DNA of 64,000 nt, from contig JBGARZ010000007.1 of the NCBI GenBank assembly GCA_044229975.1, positions 320,001-384,000 on the forward strand, written 5' to 3'. Each line of letters begins with the position of its first letter. Positions within the stretch are counted from its first letter, which is position 1. Shown here in pieces: positions 29,487-36,147 of the stretch. Both the position numbers and the translations under genes were made by a program. The notes below the pieces were generated by a model. The model was not told where the DNA came from. It ran no database searches and worked only from the letters and a program-made list of their open reading frames with translations. The stretch is from Polyangiales bacterium. Lineage in GTDB: Bacteria > Myxococcota_A > Polyangia > Polyangiales > Ga0077539.

Positions 29487-30215
29487 ATGCGCTTGCTGGT
29501 CGTCGCGGTCGCGCTGCTGGGATGCGCCGCGCGGCCGCCGCTCGCGGTCGTCGCGCGGGACTCCCCCGACGTCGGCGCCGTCGTTCGCATCCGCGGCACC
29601 GGCGCGTGCCTCGCGGTGCGCGTCGCTCCGGGCACGCTGCTCACCGCGGCCCACTGTGTCGTCGGCGTTCGCTCGCTCGGGGACATCCGCGTCGGCGCGC
29701 CGCCCCGCGCCGTGCGCCCGCCCCGCGTGCTCTCGTGCGCGCTGCATCCGACCAACGCGCCGCGCTTCGACCGCTGCGACGTCGACGACCACAACGCCCG
29801 CGGTCACCTCGGTGACGTGTGGGGCGACCTCGCGATCCTGCGCGTGGGGGATGATCCCGCGGGTGCTCCGGTGCTCCCGTCGTTGGAGTCGCTCGCCGAC
29901 CCGGAGTCGCTGGTGGGCCTCGACGCGTGGGTGATCTCCGACGACGCGCCTACCTGGATCGACGCGTCCGCGCCGCGCCCGGTGCGCAACCGGGTGACCT
30001 TCGCCGAGCAGGGCGAGGTGCGCACGGCGGGCGCCGATCGCGCGGACATCTCGACGCGACCCGGCGACTCGGGCGGTCCGTTGCTGATGCGCCGCGCGGG
30101 GCGCTGGGTGGTGGTGGGTGTCCTGTCGGGCGGGGCGAGCGACTACTCGCCGGACTCGCGCTTCGCACCGACCTTCGCCGTCGAGACGTCGGCGTGGCTC
30201 GCACGCTCCCGTTGA
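29487..30215 (+). CDS. Trypsin-like (S1) serine protease lipoprotein
   Basis: LTAAHC, GDLAIL, GDSGGP; lipobox LLGC. Confidence 0.88.
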   Translation: MRLLVVAVALLGCAARPPLAVVARDSPDVGAVVRIRGTGACLAVRVAPGTLLTAAHCVVGVRSLGDIRVGAPPRAVRPPRVLSCALHPTNAPRFDRCDVDDHNARGHLGDVWGDLAILRVGDDPAGAPVLPSLESLADPESLVGLDAWVISDDAPTWIDASAPRPVRNRVTFAEQGEVRTAGADRADISTRPGDSGGPLLMRRAGRWVVVGVLSGGASDYSPDSRFAPTFAVETSAWLARSR

Positions 30216-30254
30216 CCCAAGAGGGTTGTCGGAAAGAAAATTGTCGATTGGGCA

Positions 30255-30282
30255 TTGACCCGATATGGAAGTGCTGTAAGGT
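30255..30282 (+). promoter_or_regulatory. Putative sigma70 promoter for the RNA cassette
   Basis: TTGACC, 16 bp, TAAGGT, preceded by an A-rich tract (GAAAGAAAATT); GTCGAT-N5-ATTGAC imperfect palindrome overlaps the -35. Confidence 0.5.
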
Positions 30283-30299
30283 CGGCCTCGGTAACTGCC

Positions 30300-30398
30300 A
30301 TGACGACCAGGCCACACACGCAGAGGCGAAGGCGAGATGGAGAGCGCGAGCCGTCGCGCCTCGATCGCTCGGAAACCTGCGCTCCGGCCGTCTCGTAG
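30300..30398 (+). CDS. Putative 32-aa leader peptide (MTTRPHTQRRRRDGEREPSRLDRSETCAPAVS)
   Basis: ATG 30300 to TAG 30398, just downstream of the promoter; contains AGG x3 and CGA x2; no SD. Confidence 0.4.
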   Translation: MTTRPHTQRRRRDGEREPSRLDRSETCAPAVS

Positions 30399-30441
30399 CA
30401 GTACGCGACACGACGGAGCGCCACCGGCCCGAGCCGGAACC

Positions 30442-30517
30442 GCCACCGTCTTCTAACGGTAAAGGATGCTGGGCCCTCGACCCGGCGATGAGGGTTCAAA
30501 TCCCTTCGGTGGCACCA
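30442..30517 (+). tRNA. tRNA-Glu(CTC)-like, atypical (C33, G37), CCA encoded
   Basis: Acceptor GCCACCG/CGGTGGC, D arm TTCT-AACGGTAAA-GGAT, anticodon arm CTGGG-CCCTCGA-CCCGG, T arm GAGGG-TTCAAAT-CCCTT, ends ACCA. Confidence 0.75.
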
Positions 30518-30547
30518 TCGGTCTCCCTTGTCGGGAGCACCGAGCGG

Positions 30548-30621
30548 GTTCTCATAGGTCAACCGGATAGACCGCTCGTTTCCTAAACGGGTTGTTGGAG
30601 GTTCGAATCCTCCTGAGAACA
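30548..30621 (+). tRNA. tRNA-Arg(CCT), CCA not encoded
   Basis: GTTCTCA/TGAGAAC, D arm GGTC-AACCGGATA-GACC, anticodon arm CTCGT-TTCCTAA-ACGGG, T arm GGAGG-TTCGAAT-CCTCC. Confidence 0.88.
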
Positions 30622-30632
30622 CTGCCTTGTAT

Positions 30633-30705
30633 CCCCTGATGGTCCAGCGGTACGGACGCTCGCTCGTCGCGTGAGAAGCCCACGGTTCGACTCCCGGTCG
30701 GGGGG
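30633..30705 (+). tRNA. tRNA-Asp(GTC)-like, atypical (C33, G37, mismatched T stem), CCA not encoded
   Basis: CCCCTGA/TCGGGGG, D arm GTCC-AGCGGTAC-GGAC, anticodon arm CTCGC-TCGTCGC-GTGAG, T loop TTCGACT with two T-stem mismatches, G discriminator. Confidence 0.65.
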
Positions 30706-30725
30706 CTGTCGATTGAATAGTGTGG

Positions 30726-30834
30726 GGAGAGGACATTGGCGTAGCGGTGAAGCGGACTTCAAGTGTCTTGAGTGACGTCGTGCCCGGCTGCCGTGGGTTT
30801 TCAACCCGCGGTAGCCGGACGCAATGACCCCTTT
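30726..30834 (+). ncRNA. Unassigned multi-stem (three-way junction) structured RNA
   Basis: Closing stem CATTG(G)CGT/ACGCAATG; arm GCGGTG..ACT(T)CAAG-TGT-CTTGAGT..CGTCGT; 16-bp hairpin CCGGCTGCCGTGGGTT/AACCCGCGGTAGCCGG. Confidence 0.45.
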
Positions 30835-30892
30835 GAAGGAGCATGACGTCCCCCATTGACCCCGAGGCCCCATCGCGAGTGCAATCACCCGC

Positions 30893-33800
30893 ATGGACAG
30901 CCGCCCTCCCGTCGTCGCGCGAGCCCTCACCTGCCTCGCCCTCTGCCTCTCGGTCGGCGTCGGCTGTGACGGTGGCAACTCCGTCGTCGGCGGCGCCGAT
31001 GCGGGTGACAACACCGTCGACGTGAAGCCCATCGACACCGGCTCCGTCGTCGACGTCACCGACCTCGGTGCGACCGACGTCGTGGTCGATGTCCCCGGCA
31101 TGGACGCCGCCCTCGATGTCCCCTTCGACGCGCCCACCGATGTCGCTGCCGACGTCGCCGCCGACACGCCCGATGTCCCCACGCGCTGCATGGGCAACGG
31201 CGACTGCGCCGGCGACGCCACCCGCCCGGTCTGCGACACCGTCTCGGGTCGCTGCGTGGTCTGCACCGGTGCCGACCCGGGCGCCTGCTCGACCGCCGAG
31301 CACTGCGACTCGACGGCCAACGTGTGCGTTCCGGGCTGTCGCTCTGACGAGGGATGCGTCGCGGGCGACGGTGGCGTCGGTCCCGACGGCGGAACCGGTC
31401 GCTGCGACACCGAGCGCCACGTCTGCGTCGAGTGCAGCACCAACGCCCAGTGCGGCGCCGGTCGCCTCTGCGTGGGCAACGTGTGCGTCCCCGGGTGCAA
31501 CGACACCCAACCGTGCTCCGCAGGGCAGACCTGCTGCGCCGGTGCGTGCGCCGACCTCCAGACCAACCTCACCAACTGCGGCACCTGCGGAACCGTCTGC
31601 CGCACCCCCAACGGCACCCCCACCTGCCTCAATGCGATGTGCCAGGCGGGGACGTGCGGTGAGGGCTACGCCGACTGCAACCGCTCCAACGCCGACGGCT
31701 GCGAGGTCTCCCTCAACACCGACCTCACCAACTGCGGCACCTGCGGAACGGTGTGCCCCACCCCTGCCAACGCCAGCGCCTCCACCTGCGTGAGCGGCCG
31801 CTGCGGGTACACCTGCGCGCCCTCCTTCGCCGACTGCGACACCACGGCCGCCAACGGCTGCGAGGCCGACCTGCGCGTCAACGTCGCCCACTGCGGCGCG
31901 TGCGGGGTCGCCTGCCCGCCTCGCGACCACGCTCCCACGGGCGTCTGCGCGGCGGGGCGCTGCGACGTGGTGTGCGAGGCCAGCTACGGCAACTGCGACA
32001 ACAACCCCGACAACGGCTGCGAGCTCGACCTGCGCGCCGACGTCAACCACTGCGGAACCTGCGCGACCGTCTGCCCCCTCCGCGCCAACTCCACGCCGAC
32101 CTGCGCCGCGGGCGCGTGCGGGTTCACCTGCAACCCCGGCTTCGGCGACTGCGACGGCAACCCCGCCAACGGCTGCGAGGCCGCGCTCAACACCGACGCC
32201 ACCCATTGCGGCACCTGCACCACCGCGTGCGCGACCCCGGCCAACGCCCAGTCCGTGTCGTGCGTCTCGGGTCGCTGCGACTTCACCTGCCGCGCGCCCT
32301 TCGCCGACTGCGACGGCCTCGACACCAACGGCTGCGAGACCGACCCCCGCGGATCGGTCGCCCATTGCGGTGGCTGCGGCCTCGCGTGCCCGACGCGCCC
32401 CAACGCCTCGCCGACCTGCGCGGGCGGCACCTGCGGCCTGCGCTGCGACACCGGCTTCGGCGACTGCGACGGCGACGCCACCAACGGCTGCGAGACCGAC
32501 CTGCGCACCACCGTGTCGAGCTGCGGCGCCTGCGGTCGGGTGTGCAGCGTTCCGGGTGGGCTGGCGGCGTGTGTGGCCTCGACCTGCGTCGTGGCCTCGT
32601 GCGGCAGCGGCGGCTTCGGCGACTGCGACGGCATCGCCGGCACCGGCTGCGAGACCGACCTGCGCTCCTCGCCCAACCACTGCGGCGCCTGCAACAACGC
32701 GTGCCCGGTGCGGGCCAACGCGATCCCCATCTGCGCGGTGGGCACCTGCGCGAGCGCCTGCCAGCCGGGCTACGGCGAGTGCGACGGAAACCTCACCAAC
32801 GGCTGCGAGACCAGCCTCGCGTCGAGCCCCGCGCACTGCGGGAGCTGCGGCCGGAGCTGCACGGCTCCCAACGCCGTCAGCGCGTGCGCGTCGAGCACCT
32901 GCACCCTCGCCTCGTGCAACCCGGGCTTCGGCGACTGCAACAGCAGCCCCGGCGACGGCTGCGAGGTCGACCTGCGCAACACCGCCACCTCGTGCGGAAC
33001 ATGCGGCCGCACCTGCACCATCGCCAACGGCGCGGCGGGCTGCTCGTCGGGCGCGTGCACCGTGGCGGCGTGCTTCGGCGGTTACGGCGACTGCAACAAC
33101 AGCCCGACCGACGGCTGCGAGACCAACCTCTCCAACACCGTCTCGTCGTGCGGCGCATGCGGGCGCTCGTGTGCGGCAGCCAACGGCACGGCGGGGTGCT
33201 CGTCGGGCGCGTGCACGGTGGCGTCGTGCAACGCCGGCTACGCCAACTGCAACGGCAGCCCTGGCGACGGCTGCGAGGTCAACCTCACCAACGATCCCAA
33301 CAACTGCGGCGGCTGCGGGGTGCGCGGCGTCGAGGTGTGCGACGGCCGCGACAACGACTGCGACGGCGCGGTCGACGAGGGCTGCCCGACGGGCCTCGCG
33401 GGGCTCTCGACCTTCGACGCCTACGGCCCGCCGTGGGGCGGCGGCGGCGGCGACGCCTACGACATGGCCTGCCCGTCGGGGCAGGTCGTGACGGGCCTCT
33501 TCGGCCGCTCGGGGAGCTACCTCGACAACGTCGGCTTCTACTGCGGCACCCCGACGCTCGTGGAAGACCGCTCGGTGACGCCCTACACCTACCGCGTCGA
33601 CGTGAGCGGCGGCTCGACGCTCGGCCCGGTGGGTGGCGGCGGCGGCGGGTACTTCTCCTTCGCGTGCCCGGCCAACACCGTCGCGATGCGCGTGCTGGGG
33701 CGAGGGGCCGGGTACATCGATCGCTTCCAGATCGAGTGCTTCCGCTGGGACGTGAGCGGCTCACCGACGGCGGGCTTCACCATCTCGCGCAGCAGCAGCG

Positions 33801-33961
33801 TCGGCGGCGGCCTCTCCGGGGCCTACGGCGGCACCGGCGGCAGCCCCTTCGACTATTACTGCCCCTCGTATGGTGCGCTGCGCCGCGTCTTCGGCGGCGC
33901 CACGCGCTACGTCGACCGCCTCGGCACCTGGTGCACCGCGCCGTCGCTCACGGTGCGGTGA
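30893..33961 (+). CDS. Cys-rich repeat surface lipoprotein with C-terminal jacalin-like lectin domain
   Basis: Lipobox VGC; ~10 x (GFGDCDG..NGCETDL....HCGAC) repeats; EVCDGRDNDCDG motif; three GGxGG beta-prism repeats. Confidence 0.8.
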   Translation: MDSRPPVVARALTCLALCLSVGVGCDGGNSVVGGADAGDNTVDVKPIDTGSVVDVTDLGATDVVVDVPGMDAALDVPFDAPTDVAADVAADTPDVPTRCMGNGDCAGDATRPVCDTVSGRCVVCTGADPGACSTAEHCDSTANVCVPGCRSDEGCVAGDGGVGPDGGTGRCDTERHVCVECSTNAQCGAGRLCVGNVCVPGCNDTQPCSAGQTCCAGACADLQTNLTNCGTCGTVCRTPNGTPTCLNAMCQAGTCGEGYADCNRSNADGCEVSLNTDLTNCGTCGTVCPTPANASASTCVSGRCGYTCAPSFADCDTTAANGCEADLRVNVAHCGACGVACPPRDHAPTGVCAAGRCDVVCEASYGNCDNNPDNGCELDLRADVNHCGTCATVCPLRANSTPTCAAGACGFTCNPGFGDCDGNPANGCEAALNTDATHCGTCTTACATPANAQSVSCVSGRCDFTCRAPFADCDGLDTNGCETDPRGSVAHCGGCGLACPTRPNASPTCAGGTCGLRCDTGFGDCDGDATNGCETDLRTTVSSCGACGRVCSVPGGLAACVASTCVVASCGSGGFGDCDGIAGTGCETDLRSSPNHCGACNNACPVRANAIPICAVGTCASACQPGYGECDGNLTNGCETSLASSPAHCGSCGRSCTAPNAVSACASSTCTLASCNPGFGDCNSSPGDGCEVDLRNTATSCGTCGRTCTIANGAAGCSSGACTVAACFGGYGDCNNSPTDGCETNLSNTVSSCGACGRSCAAANGTAGCSSGACTVASCNAGYANCNGSPGDGCEVNLTNDPNNCGGCGVRGVEVCDGRDNDCDGAVDEGCPTGLAGLSTFDAYGPPWGGGGGDAYDMACPSGQVVTGLFGRSGSYLDNVGFYCGTPTLVEDRSVTPYTYRVDVSGGSTLGPVGGGGGGYFSFACPANTVAMRVLGRGAGYIDRFQIECFRWDVSGSPTAGFTISRSSSVGGGLSGAYGGTGGSPFDYYCPSYGALRRVFGGATRYVDRLGTWCTAPSLTVR

Positions 33962-33964
33962 CGC

Positions 33965-34360
33965 TCAGCTCTTCAGGATGTTGTTGAGCGTGTTGAAGAT
34001 GTTGGCGCCGGTCGGGTCGGCGTTGACCACGGGGCCCGCCGCCTTGGCCGCCCGCTCGCGCTCGCGCTTGCGCTCGACCGCACCGTCGAAGGCCTCGTGG
34101 CAGCGCGTGCACTGGTGCAGCTCCAACAGCGAGACGGCGTTGCAGAAGATGCACGTCCGGGTGAGGGCGCCGTTGCACTGCGCGCACACCGCTCGCCCGC
34201 GAACGCTCAGGCTGGAGCACTTCGGGCACGAGCATCCTGCCTGGAGACCCGCGTAGGCTGCCTTGCAGTAGGGGCACGCCGCGAGGCCCGATACGGGGGC
34301 CGCGCCGCAGCTCGGGCAGTCGTGATCACATCCCTCGTCGTGGTCGTCGTCGTGCGCCAT
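33965..34360 (-). CDS. Multi-zinc-ribbon protein
   Basis: From ATG 34360: MAHDDDHDEGCDHDCPSCG...CPYC...CPKC...CAQC...CIFC...CTRC. Confidence 0.78.
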   Translation of the reverse strand: MAHDDDHDEGCDHDCPSCGAAPVSGLAACPYCKAAYAGLQAGCSCPKCSSLSVRGRAVCAQCNGALTRTCIFCNAVSLLELHQCTRCHEAFDGAVERKRERERAAKAAGPVVNADPTGANIFNTLNNILKS

Positions 34361-34479
34361 GGTTCGCGAGCGTACCCCACGGCACCGAAGGTTTCGAGCG
34401 TTGACACCGACCGCGCGAGGACAGCTACCATGAGCTGTCGGTCGGTCGTCGACCCGACCATTCACTGGAGGAGAGAGCA

Positions 34480-34902
34480 ATGAGCGGACACGTGCACGGC
34501 CCGGGCTGCAATCACGACCACGATCATGACCACGACCACGAGGACCCGGGCCACGACTGCGCCCAGCACCACCACAACCACGGCGACCACAAGCACGCCG
34601 TCGGCTGCGGCCACAAGGCCGTGGAGCACAACGGCCACGTCGACTTCCTCCACGATGGCCATCTGCACCACGTTCATGGCGACCACGTCGATGACCACAC
34701 GCTCGACGTCGGCGGCGCCAACCCGGCGGCCTGCACGCCCGACCACGCATGCGGCGCTCATGAGGCCGACCACACGCACGGCCCCGGCTGCGGCCACGAC
34801 GCGATCCCCCACGGCGACCACGTCGACTACATCGTGTTCGGTCACCTGCACCACCAGCACGGGCAGCACTGCGACGACCACGGCCCCGTGGTGACGCGCT
34901 AG
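34480..34902 (+). CDS. His/Cys-rich metal-binding protein
   Basis: SD GGAG; HGPGCGH and H(N)G(D)HVD..HLHH motifs repeated. Confidence 0.8.
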   Translation: MSGHVHGPGCNHDHDHDHDHEDPGHDCAQHHHNHGDHKHAVGCGHKAVEHNGHVDFLHDGHLHHVHGDHVDDHTLDVGGANPAACTPDHACGAHEADHTHGPGCGHDAIPHGDHVDYIVFGHLHHQHGQHCDDHGPVVTR

Positions 34903-34904
34903 TC

Positions 34905-36104
34905 ATGGGATTTTCCAGCACGTTCTTTTCGTTTCTGAAGGGTGAGAAGTCGCAGGCGGAGCTCGACGCGTACCGCCAGGCGATGAAGCACATCAACGAC
35001 CTCGAAGCCGCCCTCCAGGCGCAGGTCATCAACCGCCCGCTGGAGCCCGGCCAGGGCCCGTGGTCGCGCCCCAAGAACCACCAGCAGGCGATGGCGTACA
35101 CCTGGATCGCCCGCGCGCTCGCCACCATCGCGACGACGCTGCTCGACTCCGACGCGAAGGAAGATCCCGACACCGTCGGGTACCTTCCGCTCGTCACCTT
35201 CGGGCAGGTGAAGGAGCTGTACGCGCAGGTTCCGCAGTTCGTGCACATGGCCTGGGAGGCGCTGGCCAACCCGCGCTTCCAGGCGCCGCGCGCGCTGCCG
35301 CTGCCGCTCGGGCCGCGCATCGAAGCCGAGGGCAAGTGTCCCCTCGTGCACCTCAAGGGCATCCACGCGGCGGCCGTCGCGCTCGACCAGGTCGGTCAGG
35401 CCCGCCTCGGGGCGTACCTCCAGTCGGTGCAGGCGTCGGGCGTCTCGCCGCCCGACGACGTGAAGGGCTACCTCTCCGACCTCGCGCAGCTCTGGGCGCG
35501 CGCGCAGTCGAAGGTGGCCTTCAGCAACCAGCAGCTCATGGCGGTGGTCATGGGCGGCAACGTCACCATGGAGACCCACGAAGAGGCCGAAAACCGGCTG
35601 TGGGACGCCCTCGCCGACCACTTCCTCGTCGGGCAGTTCATCGCGATGCCCGAGCTGCTGACCTCGTCGGCGATGGCCGGCGCCAACGCCACCGGGCGGC
35701 TCGTCCCGCAGGAGGAGCGCTGGTTCATGTCCGACCCGGACGCGGTGCGTGATCTGCGCAACACGCAGTTCGGCGAGCAGGAGATCAGGGAGTTCTGGGT
35801 GCGCAAGGCGTGGCGCACGACCCCGCAGGAGGAGCGCTACCTCGCGCAGACCGCGGCCATGAAGAAGGAGGGGCTCATCTCGGTGGTCTCGCGCTGGTCG
35901 ACGACGCCCTTCGACGCCGTCTACCAGACGTTGCAGCCGGTGGTGATCCTCGACCGCCCGATGGACCGCGGGACGGAGTTCCATCTCAACATGGACGAGA
36001 ACCACGACGAGCTCGACGTGGGCTCGCCGCGCTTCCGCCGCACCAGCGGCTACCAGGAAGACCACGAAGAGGGTCACGTCGGCGACCCGTCTGGTCACCA
36101 CTGA
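34905..36104 (+). CDS. Hypothetical protein in metal-resistance operon
   Basis: 399-aa ORF 2 bp after the His-rich gene; strong codon bias. Confidence 0.78.
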   Translation: MGFSSTFFSFLKGEKSQAELDAYRQAMKHINDLEAALQAQVINRPLEPGQGPWSRPKNHQQAMAYTWIARALATIATTLLDSDAKEDPDTVGYLPLVTFGQVKELYAQVPQFVHMAWEALANPRFQAPRALPLPLGPRIEAEGKCPLVHLKGIHAAAVALDQVGQARLGAYLQSVQASGVSPPDDVKGYLSDLAQLWARAQSKVAFSNQQLMAVVMGGNVTMETHEEAENRLWDALADHFLVGQFIAMPELLTSSAMAGANATGRLVPQEERWFMSDPDAVRDLRNTQFGEQEIREFWVRKAWRTTPQEERYLAQTAAMKKEGLISVVSRWSTTPFDAVYQTLQPVVILDRPMDRGTEFHLNMDENHDELDVGSPRFRRTSGYQEDHEEGHVGDPSGHH

Positions 36105-36147
36105 GTCTCCGCCTCGCCCCGCCCACCGACAGAAAGAACACCCATCC

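Noticed and set aside
30474..30480. Alternative anticodon registers (CGA for tRNA 1, CGT for tRNA 3) that would restore U33
   Set aside because: Shifting the register destroys or weakens the anticodon stems.
30442..30705. tRNAs as a prophage or island attachment site
   Set aside because: No integrase and no duplicated tRNA 3' end noticed in the window.
30716..30834. 5S rRNA (TAGTGTGGGG resemblance and three-way shape)
   Set aside because: Lacks the CCGAAC loop C and loop E motifs in the expected order; kept as an unassigned RNA.
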